From positions 48,546,001-48,610,000 of the forward strand of contig OX597821.1 in assembly GCA_951406725.2 (NCBI GenBank): a stretch of DNA of 64,000 nt, given 5' to 3'. The DNA is from Octopus vulgaris (Eukaryota). This document shows positions 26,230 to 40,162 of this stretch, piece by piece. Numbering within the stretch: position 1 is the first letter of the stretch; the number at the start of each line of letters is the position of its first letter. The notes under the pieces are model-generated. The model was not told the origin of the DNA. It saw nothing but the letters and a program-made list of their open reading frames with translations, and ran no database searches. Made by a program: the position numbers and the translations under genes.

Positions 26230-27960
26230 TATAATAGTAGTAGTAGTAGGATTAATATTAATAGTGATATTAATAATAATAATATTAACAGTAGTAATTC
26301 TCCTAGTTGCAATTGTAGAGTTAAATACCGCTGTCCGTTATTAGGCCGATGTCTAATCCAAAACGTAATCTATAAGTGTACATTCACAACTATAGCTGAT
26401 AACTTTGTGTATATAGAATGTTCAATAGATATGAAAAAAAACGTATTAATAAACATTTTGCAACTTTTTGGCTCAGAAATAAGGCCATCTGAACGTCCTT
26501 ATCTAGTAAGATTTGGCAACTGAAGGAAAGCGGAATCGAATTTAGCCCTAAATGGGATATTATAAGGAAAGCACAGTCTTATAGAGATATTCGATACGGG
26601 TGCGACCTGTGCTCTATGGAAACTTATGAAAATTTTAAGTATAGGGACAGGAGCAACCTGATTAATAATAAATTAGAGATAAGGGTATCATGCGTACATA
26701 GGGTCACATGAACTTTTAAATATTTTTGAAAATAGTGTTTAAAGGTGCTACACTTGAACCTGGATAGGGGAAATTAATTTTTAGTGTCATATCTGATGTG
26801 AAGTTACACACTACGATTATATTATATATAAGTTATATATATTTTCTTATTATTCTCTATAATTTCTTATTTTGATACCTTTACCTATTAACCTCTTATC
26901 TCTTATAAGTTATTAATTTTCTTAAAAGGAGATATAAACTTTCTAGTTACTTAAGTCTATGAGAGTTGATTATAACATACTCATAATAAAGAACAAATAT
27001 TTGTGTATATTTGCGTATGTGCACATAGTTAAATATGTGTATGTATCTGTGCACAACTTATTTTTTCCGATTTTTTTTTTTCTGATACTTAGCTTATGAT
27101 TAATATAAAGACAGCATGATTTATCTCCCCAGTATTCCATAAGTAAATACCCAGAGCAATCGTTATACAAATCACCTAATAAGTAAATATTTAAGTACAG
27201 GAATGAATATCAAACTAATTCTATGTAATCTTCCCTTTCTAATGTTGAAAATTGGTATATATACACAGTTAATCTATTCAGGTGGTAATATCATTTTTAG
27301 TAATCTTAAATTTTATCTTCATACAACATAACAATATTGCTTATATACAATCATCCATAGTACCCATGATAATTTCCTCTGTATTAACATCATAGGTTTT
27401 ATTAGCGCATTGCCCCTTTAACTGATAATTAACATCTTGATTTTGGGTCTTCCCCTACCCAGCCTCCTTTATATACAGTTACTTATACAAATCCTAAAAT
27501 CCTGACAATATTTATGACTATACCCAACAATAAATTGTCAACTCACCCCTGCGCTACATTCTAAACAGACACTGTCCTCTAGCCTTAGATTTAGCAGTTG
27601 ATAAAAAAAGATTAATAAATTAACAATGAACCACAATCCTTTACAAGCTATGACCCTAACAAACTTCTTAGAGTTCTCAGAAGTGTAGTATATTCTTAGT
27701 TATATTAATAGTAGCATGGACTCTTTCCCTATTCTTGCTCTATTAGAGAATTTGAGTAAAATTCTATTATTGTGTCCAACTGATTAAAAATTCTATTTAA
27801 TTATGCAGCTGAGGATAGCCCTGCATTTAAATTGATCTAATGATTGCATTGTTCAATTAAATGGAGCCGTTTGAAGCGGTCGTATGTTTAGTAAGTGTGT
27901 GGAGAGGATGTGTATGGTACCTGCATTATCAATATCCCCTGTTTATACACGTTCGTTTAA
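26230..27960 (+). mobile_element. Penelope-like element 3' fragment (GIY-YIG remnant, AT-rich tail, LTR with hammerhead)
   Basis: SCNCRVKYRCPLLGRCLIQNVIYKC...WDIIRKA..Y...CDLC; hammerhead-like motif at 27805. Confidence 0.7.
27805..27887 (+). ncRNA. Degenerate hammerhead-like motif in PLE LTR
   Basis: gcag-CTGAGGA-...-GAAG-cggtcg-TA-tgt. Confidence 0.5.
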
Positions 27961-28029
27961 TTTACTTTGATATATTTTATTCCTTTTTTATCTACTGACT
28001 TTTCATTTCTTTCTCTTTTTTTGTATTAA

Positions 28030-30195
28030 TCATATCTATAAAAGGGAGGATGTGTGTGCGTGTGTGTGAGTACGTGATTGTAATTTATGCACGTCCACAA
28101 ATTAGCACGCATGTCGCTCCAATTTTAGGAGGATATTTGTCAACATTATCTGGGTTTTGTCAACTTATTTTTTCCCCGAAACACCCGTGGGTAGCGTAAA
28201 TATCTATTTTCAGACATAGCTTTTAACCATGAAAAATATCAGCCTTGGCTTTTTTGATGGCGTCTAACAAAAAAAAAATAAGATAAAGAAAAGTGGAAGA
28301 AAGAGGCAGAGAGTTTCACGGGAAAGACAAAGTGAGAGAGGGCGAGAGAGAGAGAGTAAATGACAACGTTAATAAACAGCCTTAGCTTTTTTGCCAGCGT
28401 CTAACAAAAAAAAAGATAAAGAAAAGTGGAAGAAGGAGGCAGAGAGTTTCACGGGAAATACAAAGTGAGAGAGGGAGAGAGAGAGAGAGAGAGAGAGTAA
28501 GTTATGACTTTCATAAAAAATAAAATGTAAAATGTTTTGTTCTTTGTTTTTGAAAGACACTATATTTTATAATCATAGTATAATATACGAGGGACGTTCA
28601 ATAAGTAATGCCTCTGACCCACTTGCAGTTGTTTGATCTAGCTGAAATTTTGCATGTGCAATTATTTATATCTCTATAGAGTAAGTGGCAAATTACAGCT
28701 CTGAATTAATTGTGGTTTCTGATTTACAGGTGTTTGAACCCAGTCAAGTGTGAAATGGAGCCTGTTGAGTGTCGAGCAGTGATCCGATTTTTGTATTTGA
28801 AAGGACGCACACCCCGGGAGACTTTTGATGAAATGAAAGTAACTTATGGTGATGATGCCCGATCATATGACCTTGTAAAACGCTGGCATCGTGAATTTAA
28901 ACATGGTCGGAACTCTGTAGAAACAGCTCCCAGATCTGGTCGCCCCTTCTGCCATTGATGAGGCATCTGTCCGTCAAGTTGAGGCTGCCATTTTGGAAGA
29001 TCGACGCATAACTATTCGCCAAATAGCCCATGAGGTCAAGATTAGTACCGGGTCTGTGGAAACTATCATTCATGACCATTTGCATATGCAAAAGGTGACT
29101 GCCAGATGGATTCCCAGGTTGCTCACGCCTTTCCAGAAGCAAAAACGCGTCGAGTGCTCGAGGGTGAATTTGGAGATGTGCCAAGAAGATGAGTCAAAAT
29201 TTTTCAAAAGACTGATTACACAGGATGAAACCTGGGTCCATCACGATGATCCAGAGACCAAAGCCCAGTCAATGCAGTGGGAGCACCGTGACTCACCCCC
29301 TCCAAAGAAGGCAAGGGTGCAGCCCTCCGCTGGCAAGGTCATGCTCACAGTCTTCTGGGACCAGGACGGAGTAGTGATGACAGATTTCTTGGCAAAGGGT
29401 ACCTTAATTGCAGGAGCCTATTGTGCTTCACTTTTGAGGAAATTAAGAGAAGTTATCAAAATCAAGAGGCGGGGCAAGATCAGCAAAGGCATCCTCCTCC
29501 TGCAGGACAACGCTTCGGTCCACAACTCGCTTGTCGCCAGATCAGAAGCACAGGCGTATGGCTATGAACTCCTCCCCCATCCCCCTACTCTCCTGACCTT
29601 GCACCCTCTGATTTTCACCTCTTCCCAGTCATGAAGTTGTTTTTGAAAGGAAAGCGTTTCCCAGATGATGCAGCCTTGATTTCTGAAGTCACGTTCAGGT
29701 TGGAGGACCAAGCTGGGTCTTCTACAAAAACGGTCTCCAGAGCTGCATAAAACAATGGGAGAAATGCGTAACTCTGGGTGGTTCCTATGTAGGAAAAGAC
29801 TAATAACTGTGCCAAGTTTCGTTGCTCTACTGCTATGGGAAGTGGGTCAGGGGCATTACTTATTGAACGCCCCTCGTACTTTAGTGAAAATCGTGCGAGT
29901 GTTAATCTACAAATTTAACAACATTTTTTCCATTCATTTCTGTTTATGAACATGTATGCGTGCACAAAACATGCAATAGGTGTACGTACGTATGTGTGTG
30001 TATGTGTGTTCGTGCCTGTTGCCCATATATATTTATATTATATATATATAAGATATATATATATATAATATGACTGATTTCAACGGATTTCGCCCAAATT
30101 TGACGTCTATATTACTTAGTTTGGTTTGAAATAAAGAACTTGATTAGCTTAATAATCGTAACTTAATCCCGGGCAAGGCCGGGTTATACTGCTAG
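28030..30195 (+). mobile_element. Non-autonomous Helitron carrying a nested mariner
   Basis: 5' TC..tataaaagggaggatgtgtgtg start; 3' hairpin cccgg-gcaagg-ccggg then CTAG|T; same terminal design as 41682-42075; internal ~100-bp duplication 28259-28500. Confidence 0.65.
28588..29876 (+). mobile_element. Full-length mariner, same family as 6796-8085
   Basis: Same TIRs, TA TSD; ORFs 28755-28958 and 28993-29634 with QDETW, LQDNA; closely similar to the first copy. Confidence 0.95.
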
Positions 30196-30199
30196 TTTA

Positions 30200-30426
30200 A
30201 TCTACTCCTTTATTCGTTTCAGTCATTTGACTGCGGCCATGCTGGAGCACCGCCTTTAGTCGAGCAAATGGACCCTAGGATTTATTCTTCGTAAGCCTAG
30301 TACTTATTCTATCGCCCTCTTTTTTCCGAACCGCTAAGTTACGAGGACGTAAACACACCAGCATTGGCTGTCAATCGATATTGGGGGGACAAACACAGAC
30401 ACACAGGCACACACACACACACACAA

Positions 30427-30490
<64 letters not shown>

Positions 30491-30632
30491 CAGGCTTCTT
30501 TTAGTTTCCGTCTACCAAATCCACTCCGAGGCTATAGTTGAAAACACTTGCCCTAGGTGCCAGGCAGTAGGACTGAACTCAGAACCATGTGGTTGGTAAC
30601 CAAGCTACTTACCACACAGCGACTCCTGCGCC
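30200..30632 (-). mobile_element. SINE (second family) with internal microsatellite
   Basis: Minus-strand head ggcgcaggagtcgctgtgtggtaag...ctgagttcagtcc (A/B boxes); body ggcggtgctccagcatggccgcagtc. Confidence 0.7.
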
Positions 30633-30719
30633 TATTTATTTTATTTCGTTTATGTATATAATTATTTAATTCCATTTATTTATCTGTGTATTGTATTAGT
30701 TTCGTATTATTATCAGTTT

Positions 30720-32850
30720 ATGGGAATCTTACTCTGTCATAGGTTGTGGTGTGGGTGTGGGTTGCTAGTGTTCCATTCCAGTTTCTTATTCAGACTAGGT
30801 TTATCTTCTATAATCTATGTAGCGTCCGTAATTTGTCTAAGCGTTGCGTCTGTTCTATGTGTGGACAAGATTTTAACTTCTATGTTGTTGAGTGAGCCCC
30901 CGCGTTCCCGCTCAGCGTGCTGGTATAGGATCGATGAGTTCTTCTCTTCCTTAAGTTCCCTCCAATGTACATTTACCCGCTCTCCTATTCTTCGTGCTGT
31001 TTCCCCTACTTACGTCGTTGTCTTGTTTCTGCACCGTCCCTCTGTACATCTTATTCTATTGACTACATTCCTAGCTTCACAGATTCTTTGTGGGCTAAAT
31101 CTACATACATTACAGTTCCAATAAGTACAGGGGGTTCTACTAAAGGGATAGGTTCTACTAATTAGGGATTTGATAGGATTACCTGGTCTTTCTACAACCT
31201 TAATTCTTACCTTAAGTTTGTCTAGGGCTCTTCTAAAGCGGTACGCCAGTTCACCTCTAGGAGTGGTGTTGACGAACATGACACTCTGGTATTTGTGGCT
31301 ATCATACCATGCGTTGGCCCTCCTTATTTTCTTCTTTGTCCTTTCAATGGTATTCCATGATTTGTTCCTATAGAGTGGGCAAATCCCAATCCTATCGTTA
31401 CGTATGATAATTTCAAATTTCCTCATGTCTCCTTTAGATACTCTGATACTTTCTCTATGTCTGTATCCTGAGAACCGCATGCGGTGAACGAAGTGTTGTA
31501 TGTGTCTTTTAACTCTGTAGGGTCGCACACGCGGGATACATTTCTCATTACTCTGATGAGGTCTGCCATCAATATATTGAATTTGGCATTGTCCGCGATA
31601 ACTGAGTTCCAGTGGATCAGGTATTTGGAGGCCATAGGTTTGGCAAAGTGTGAATAGAGGATTTGGGTTTTATTATTTCCAGCCAGAGTTCTGTATCTAG
31701 TACTGGTAGTCTATGTTTAGGGTGTTTTGTAGGGTAGTATATCACGATATACTACCCTACAAAACATTCTAAATACTCTGGTAGATGGAGTTAGCTATTT
31801 GCTATCTATTTCTATTTCAAGAGTACTCTCTTGTGGGGGTGTCTTTACCACTATTTTGATATCATCGACATAGCGAGAGTACATGTTCATGAGTATGGAG
31901 TTCTGTGTCAGGAATTATTTAAGCCTCCTGTCTTACCATACCATGAAAAGGTTGGCCACATCACCGGCGATGCTAACCCCGAAAGCCTCGCCCTCATCCT
32001 GGGCGTATATTTTGTTGTTAAACTTAAACGTGTGGCCTTTTAGGGTAACTCTTATATTAGCTCCTAGTACATATGCGATCATTTTCTTTACTTGATATTG
32101 GTTTTCGAGGATCCGTATGGCTCTGGTCCATCTGCTTCATTTCTCTATAGGGGTCTTCCTAGCCATAGATGTAATTGTAGGGGGGTCTACTTCTTAAACG
32201 TCTACTGGAGCAAAACCTTATAAGGTCATGTTTGTTTAGATATTCATTGTCATATATCAGTCTAAGTAGGAGGCCCAGTTCCTCTGTGTTGACACTGCGG
32301 AACTCCACTTCGCTCTCGCTGATCATCTCCACGCACTTCTCCACCGCAAAATCCATGTCGATGGATGGGTATAGGAATACAACATCCATGCTACCCACTA
32401 TACATCCTGTCAGGTCGCAGGTGTTGTTACAGTCACTGATCCTCTTGAGGAGATCTTCCGTGCTGTCACAAACATCTGGTGACATCTGGATTATGGGGCG
32501 CATGATCATTGAGAGAAAGTAGGAGATCCTGTAGTTGCTAGCGATATTCGCTCCGCAGACTGGTCTTGTTGGCGGTCTCGCCACTGGATTGGTGGTTATT
32601 TTGTGGTCTTTGCGGAGTTCATACAGCGTCGAGATATCATTGTTCCAGGCTTGGAAATTGTTCCAGCTTGTAAATTGTTCCAGCTTGGAAATTGTTGGCT
32701 GGCCATGCGTTTTTGAGGTCCAAAAACAATTGTCCACATCATCATGTGGGCGTTGCTTTCAGGTCCTTCGTTATACATTTTCTATTCCTTCCTCCCAAAA
32801 ATGCACCCCCATTCTGTAATTCTTTCCAGTCATATTCTCTGCAGCCATCA
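30720..32850 (-). mobile_element. Penelope-like retroelement, RT plus GIY-YIG remnant, frameshifted
   Basis: PPTRPVCGA, SMDVVFLYPSI (RT), ILYSHFAKPMAS, CNVC...C.ARNVV..IRC...Y/VGET (GIY-YIG). Confidence 0.8.
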
Positions 32851-33767
32851 AGTTGAAACTGTTCGAGTGGATCATGAATCTCATGGATGTCACTAGTCTT
32901 TCAGCTACCATAGACACAGCCCTTTACTTCAAGGCAAACTAATTATAAAGATTAACTCACCAATCGGAAGTAGGCAACAACAAAAGTTACAGGCAATGAC
33001 TTTCATTCTCTGATTAACTTATTAAAGAATACAAAATAGATAAGAAATAATATGAATGATTTGAGAGACATCTTGATCAGTTGCAATAAAACGTTTAGGT
33101 GATGCTATGAACCTGAACAGCAACATCAACAATATATACACTCTATGATCACCCCTAACCAGTTTTATCACCACAGTAGTCAAAGTGTCCTCAGTATCAA
33201 TGTACTGTAAATAAGATATCAAATAGCTACAGATTTAATCACCTCACTCTACATTCTTTTATTGGTTGTGTGTACATATGTGTATGTTATTCTTTGACCA
33301 GTCTTGGCTGCATACTTCTTCCTTGTCCTTTTATCAATTTATTTTCACCAAGAAAATAAATTTAAAAAAGCAACAGCAATAACAACAATCTTCCAAAAGA
33401 TATAAAATGAGAAACTCTCTTTTGCAGCATTTCTTGCCTTCATCTGTTATATGATAATGAAGCATTTTAATAGAAATGACTATAGAATTGCTTGTTATTC
33501 AGATATTTTGGCTGGTAAGTTGGTTGTGTGTGTGGTTGGTTGGATGGTAAGAATTGGTAGAGGAACATTTTATTGTTCACAAATAATAAAAAAAAATCTA
33601 TTAAATTTCTGCCTTCAATAAAATATCTGTATTGTCTTTCTGTTTTGAACCAGAAGTGTGGACATTATTTTGGTAGGGCATTGTTGTTTTGCCTTTTCTC
33701 TGGTGTGTGTGTGTGAGTGTGTGTGTGTGTGTGTGTATGTTTGCGTGCGTGCGTGTGTGTGTGTGTG

Positions 33768-33818
<51 letters not shown>

Positions 33819-35844
33819 ATGAGTGTTTTACTTTTGTTTGCTAGTTTTCCCCTTTTTTATGTTTCATTTATATTGAGTTTAAATGAACTTTATTCCCTGA
33901 AAATACTTAATAGCAATATCCAATAAAAGTTTATTATAAAAAAAAAAAACAACTTATTTTTCAGTTTTACCTTTCTGCCTGAAGTTAGAATGATATTGGG
34001 AAAAGAATAATAACTAAAAGGAAGAAGAAAAACTAAGGAAAATTGCATTAAGCTAAGATTGATGTTTAGGCATTGGAAACAAAATATAATTAGGTTCTGA
34101 TTTAACAAACATAAAACTAATCATCCTATAAAACAGTCCTGCAATAGTTTCTAGTTTAACAATTTACCAACAGATATTAGGAAAAATTGACCAAGGGAGA
34201 TGAAGAAGGAAGAAAGCTAAAAAATACGTATATACATGTGTGTGTGTGTGTGTGTGTGTGTGGATCATGGAGAGGATAGAAAGACAGAGCAGTTACAACA
34301 AAAGGGAAAAAAATTTTAAGATGCATTTCTTCAGAGTAATGCTTCTTGTCTTTCTCCAGTTTTCTTTTTCTCAATACTTACCTCACTGTATCTCTTTCTT
34401 CTTCTCTCCCACTCTTTATTTCTGGCTGTGCTTCTTTCTCTTTATTATTAAGTGTTGCAATACTAGTGAGAGCTATAACCACTATCACACCATTATAGCT
34501 ACTGTCACTTTATGCAGCCTTTATCCTGGTACTATAGTTGTAGCAGTCTAGAGATCAACACATCATATTTACTCTTTCTATTGAAGTTCCATAGCAACCA
34601 CCACCACACCTCTATAGTAACCATCACAACTTTATGGTAACCACCATACTATTGCAATTCTCCACCTCCCTCTAGCTGCAATCGTACTATCAAATTTTTT
34701 ACTGCATCCTACAGCAACTATCTCATCTCTATAGTAACCAGTACACTTCTCTAGCAACCACTACACAACAATAGCTAACATCATATTATTATCATCTCAC
34801 CACTACAGCTACTCTCAACACAACAACAATTACTGCTGTACACCTATAGTAACCATCACATTTTTATAGCAACTATAATATAGCTACAGCAGTCAGCTTT
34901 AGAGAACATATATCTTTACAGTATTTCACTCTTCCAGCCACACTATTCATACGTCTCTAACAATACGATAACAATGAAGAAACTATCAACAAACTTCTGT
35001 TACATTACTATAATACTGATGAAAGCTACCAACATACTTCTATAGCAATTGAAGAAGCAGGAAAAAATCAGTGTCATCTTATAATGATACTATGATATTG
35101 AAGAAGTTCAAAAACATAAAGAGTATTATATTGCACATCACATATAACGATATCACTATCTGCTGCTGACATAGCTATTCTTCCACCATATCCTAAATGA
35201 TAAATGCTGAAGAATATTATCCATTGTCACGCAGTGACCAAAATCTTCTTACCCTACTTCCATTATGACCTGCTCTCTTAAGAATCTAGTGGTATTAAAA
35301 AAACTACATAAGACACTAACAGAACATAACATTCCCAAAAATACATGACATGATAATCCATTTGGTTTTGGTGTTATCCATTAGGTAAAAACATGAACTA
35401 TCTGAGGCAATAGAAGGACGGACCATATTGAGTTATTTGATTGAGTATGTAGGATGATCTATGATAGATAGGACTTGGAGTTAACAATAACTACATATTT
35501 CTCACAGACAAGCTCAGGAACATATGTAGGTTTAGAGAAGGTTGCTTTGGGGTTAAACAACAGTTTTATCATATCGTGTTGTGCCACAGCATACCAGAAT
35601 AGCTTGTTGGTAATAACACATTTCTCCAAACTCTTTGATAATTTTCTTCTTTCTATTTCAAAAGGGAAATCTTTCCTGAAATATCATAAGATCGTAAAAC
35701 AATGTAGGTAATAAAATAGCTTTTGTCTGTTTCTCTTCATTAATATTACATAATATGCTTAATTCCTCGCTTGCCTTGCTTAAAAAGTCTTTGCATTTAC
35801 ACATACCATAATTCTACAAGCAAATTATAATACATACACACGAT

Positions 35845-36420
35845 CTCTAACTGTGGAGGGAACCTGTGGTAGAGGTAGACTCAGGAAAACATGGGACGAG
35901 ATGGTGAAGCATGATCTTCGAACTTTAAGCCTCACAGAGGCAATGACTGGTGGCCGAGACTTTTGGTGATGTGCTGTTCTTGAGAGGACCCGTGCTGGTG
36001 GCATGTAAAGGACATCTTTCGAGCGTTGGGCCTCACGAAAGCAAAGTGACTGAGTTTCTTTCAAGTGTTGGACCTCACAGAAGCAATGACTGAAACCTTT
36101 GGCATTATGTCGAGCTTGAGAAGAAGACCCATCGAGCCGAGCAAAATCACTGTCGTGGCAAAGACCGGTGTGAGGCAAATTGGTACCTGTACCGGTAGCA
36201 CGTAAACACACCTCGGTGTCATGCAAATGGCACCCTGCTGATGGCGCGTAAAAGCACCCATTACACTCTCGGAGTGGTTGGCATTAGGAAGAACATCCAG
36301 CGGTAGAAAACCATGCCAAAACAGACTGGAATCTTGTGCAGCCTTCCAGCGTGCCAGCCCAGTCAAACCATCCAACCCATGCCGGTATGGACAACGGATG
36401 TTAAATGATGATGATGAGGA
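35845..36420 (+). mobile_element. RTE LINE 3' end (family of 12735-13622)
   Basis: LTVEGTCGRGRLRKTWDEMVKHDL; shared UTR 'cactctcggagtggttggcattaggaag'; (GAT)n tail. Confidence 0.8.
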
Positions 36421-36519
36421 GGAGGAGGAGGAGGAGGAGGAGGAGAAGGAGGAGGAGGAGGAGAAGGAGGAGGAGGAGGAGGAGAAGGAGGAGGAGGAGG
36501 AGAAGGAGGAGGAGGAGGA
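36404..36519. repeat. (GAT)/(GAG/GAA) purine trinucleotide repeat
   Basis: Direct reading of sequence. Confidence 0.9.
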
Positions 36520-37121
36520 CACTTGCACAGATGTGTGGTGAACTGGCAAAGTCATTAGACTCTGTTACACAAGGTATTTGATATGAGGATATTTTCCTCC
36601 TCCCCACTCCCAATCATGGAAGCCATAGGCACTACCCATAGGAAAAAATTTTCTGAATCTTGAGATTTTTGATCCAAAGTGATTGCGAAATATTAGCTTA
36701 GCTTTCCTTATGATGCGATTAATTTTATTTTATTTATTTATATATTTATTATTTCCTTTTATCTTAGCGTTTCAAACAATTGTGATTATTATTCTAGAAA
36801 TAAAAAATTCTTTAAAAAATTATTTTCCTTTTCATTCCCCTGTCACAAAATTTCGGTACACGACACATCTTTTATTGTGGAAGTGAAGGTTTTCTTTATT
36901 TTGTAGAATTACTGTCATTCAATCAACTGAAATCACCACTCTTAAAAAAAAAAAAATTTTTAATAATAGGCTACTATTATAAACACTTCAGAAGATCTTT
37001 TCTACTAAAAGAACATTTAACGTAATTAGGATCACGTCCTAAATATTGGCATTTCTCTTCAGAACCAGACTGTATCTCTGCTCCCAATAATTGCGCGCAC
37101 TCTGTATGTATGTGGGGTGGC

Positions 37122-37155
<34 letters not shown>

Positions 37156-37274
37156 ATGCGTGTGTGTGCATGCGTGTGTGTGTGCGTGCGTGCGTGCATG
37201 TGTGTGTGCATGCGCGTGAATATGTGCGTCCGTGTAGGAAAAAGAAGCTTACTTCCACACATTAAAATACATTA

Positions 37275-37670
37275 CAAGAACTATACTTGCAATTGTTGTT
37301 GGAAGCACTCCGTCGGTTACGACGACGAGGGTTCCGGTTGATCCGATCAACGGAACAGCCTGCTCGTGAAATTAACGTGTAAGTGGCTGAGCACTCCACA
37401 GACACGTGTACCATTAACGTAGTTCTCGGGGATATTCAGCGTGACACAGAGAGTGACAAGGCCGGCCCTTTGAAATACAGGTACTACAGAAACAGGAAGT
37501 AAGAGTGAGAGAAAGTTGTGGTGAAAGAGTACAGCCGGGATCACCACCATCCCTGCCGGAGCCTCGTGGAGCTTTAGGTATTTTCGCTAAATAAACACTC
37601 ACAACGCCCGGTCTGGGAATCGAAACCGCGATCCTACGACCGCGAGTCCGCTGCCCTAACCACTGGGCCA
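37275..37670 (-). mobile_element. tRNA-derived SINE (third family), near full length
   Basis: Minus strand tggcccagtggttagggcagcggactcgcggtcgtaggatcgcggtttcgattcccagacc (A and B boxes), ends ttccaacaaca. Confidence 0.8.
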
Positions 37671-38014
37671 TTAAGCTTACTAAGAACCCATCAACTACAA
37701 TACACAAAATAAGCCTGCTTCGGCCAGCAACACGTGTGAAGTTGAGGTCAAACATAGAATTCTACAACGACATCAGATTTCAGATTCAAGCTAACCTCCC
37801 CCTCGCTTCCTCTTGAATCTGACCACTAAACAAATAATTGAATTCATTTCGCTTAAAATCAAGCTGATTGAAATACCTTAAAAGAAGCTGCACACAAAAT
37901 TATACTCAGTTACACAATACCCATACATATCTTGTATCTATTTTCTTTCCTCCATCTCACTCTCTATTTTGTATCTCATCTAAACTAACTATGACTTAAC
38001 TATCCTCTCACACC

Positions 38015-38066
38015 GTCTCCGACGAAGGGATATAATTAATAAATATCCTAGAAACAGCTGTAAGAC
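38015..38066 (+). ncRNA. Minimal hammerhead ribozyme in PLE-type LTR (37670-38270)
   Basis: gtct-CCGACGA-agggatat...atatccta-GAAA-cagctg-TA-agac; palindromic CAGCTG; U4C change. Confidence 0.72.
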
Positions 38067-38270
38067 CTATCTATAAATGCACTAATATCTACACAGCCTT
38101 GGTTTTTTTTAATCTTATTACGCAAAAATTCTTATATACACACGCTGACATAGAACCAACGTTGAACCCTTTATTCGCAATATTACCGAATCTGGAATTT
38201 AACTATGGTCTGTCTATAGCACTTATTCAGAATTACCTGACACCTTTGGGTCTCAGGGACACCATTATCT

Positions 38271-38375
<105 letters not shown>

Positions 38376-38612
38376 ATGTATAGTGTATACGCCAGTATAA
38401 GGAATTCTCGATCGACTTTTCATACGATTATAGTCCCTGTTGGTGTAGATAAACTCTACACTAGTGTAGATAAACTATCCTCAGTGGATCTTCACATCGG
38501 TAAATCCATTTGCCTCTGCATGTAGTCAGTAGAGAAGAAATTAATCATTAAGGAGAACAGAGAATTATATATCCAGGTTTTATTAAACAGTTAATCACAT
38601 CTTTCTATGTCC

Positions 38613-38676
38613 GTACCTACATATGCATCGGGTGTACATTTTGGTGTTAATTACTGCTGCCGCTTCTTCAGGGTAC
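38613..38676 (-). ncRNA. Degenerate hammerhead in PLE LTR
   Basis: Minus strand gtacc-CTGAAGA-...-GATG-catatg-TA-ggtac; perfect 5-bp stem I. Confidence 0.55.
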
Positions 38677-39334
38677 AATTAACTGCATTTTCAGATTCCA
38701 TTTGAACTAAATACAAGTCCAACCAAAATTGTTGAAACACGTGGCGCTAGTATTCTAAAAATAGCCTAAATTCTAACCTTTTCAATTCCACTGGTTAGAA
38801 AAAACAAGCGACTTGCTGTCCGAAAATGGGTCAGTAGTCCGCTAATGTATTTTACCATTCCAATAGAGAGGGGTAGTATTTGTATTTTGTATCAGGCTAC
38901 TTGAAGTTTGTTGATATTATTATTGTTACTATTATTATTGTCATCACCAACACTACTACTATTCTTATTACTATTACTATTGTTGTTAATAATGAGTTAT
39001 TGGTCTATTATTTAATTTGTTAATTTTATAATTAAATCAATTTTATTTAGAGATATCGTTAATTTTATTCGCTTTTTGATTTTTTCATTTTTTTAAAATT
39101 AAGTTTAATTTGTGTAGGAGTTTATATTTAATCAGTGTCTTTACTTGCTATTGTTTTCTTGGCTTCTATTCTAATTTTAATATCACGTATCATACAATTA
39201 TTCATATCGATTAAACGTATACTTGGACTGATGAACATATTATATTGAGTCTATGGATTATTAATTTGTATATTGATATAAGAATTTTGTAAATTTCTTC
39301 AACACACAATTCTCACCGCTTACTTCCTCTACTA

Positions 39335-39571
39335 CAGTGGTTCCCAAACTTTTTCGGGTTACCGCCTCTTTGACAACAAGGCCACATTCATAGCACCCCA
39401 CCCCAACTAACCATCACAAACATAGACCTCTTTCTGAAGCAAATTTCACAAATAAAACAATCTGATGAGCCCATTATTTTGTTGTTTTTACATGAATCGC
39501 TACCCCATTATCACCCCACTTTTCTTCAACACCCCCTTAGAACTTGCCACCGCCCACTTTCGGAACCACTG
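39335..39571. mobile_element. hAT (Charlie-like) MITE inserted in the PLE endonuclease
   Basis: TIR cagtggttcc / ggaaccactg; perfect 8-bp TSD ctctacta (39327-39334 and 39572-39579). Confidence 0.9.
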
Positions 39572-40097
39572 CTCTACTATATGGTTTGGCTCTACTAATT
39601 ATTTCTCAGGTGATTGCATATACTTTATTATTATCTTTTATGGACCAAATTAATTTGCTTAAGCCAGTGTTATTCCGCTTATTACTATCTCTAAACGAGG
39701 TTTCATGATTGACAATTCTTCTTTTTATATATGTTTCACAAGTGCCGATATAATAATATACCTGACCCTCTGAGGTTACCTTACACTTGAATACCGTTTC
39801 CTTAATTTTGCAGCTAGATTCAAGGTGGCTTAATCATTTGGTTGCACAATCACATTTTTTTCATCGCTAACTCTACTTTTTATATCTTCTTTTTCTACCT
39901 GATTATTTATATTGATTATTTATATTATTTATATTATTTATATATATATATATGCGTCGTTTATCATCTAATTTATCTTCTCGTTTTGACTTTCAGGATT
40001 TTGAGTATCACTTTCTATTATATTATTTGAGTTATTATTCACATCATTATTATTATTATTGTTGTTGTTGTTGTTGCTTTTGTTGTTGTTGTTGTTG

Positions 40098-40162
<65 letters not shown>

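Noticed and set aside
36061-36613. Poly-Glu, poly-Ser or poly-Leu ORFs
   Set aside because: Expanded tail of an RTE LINE
39200-39850. Endonuclease-only (RT-less) Penelope element
   Set aside because: RT-thumb remnants are present upstream (~41030), so simple 5' truncation explains it
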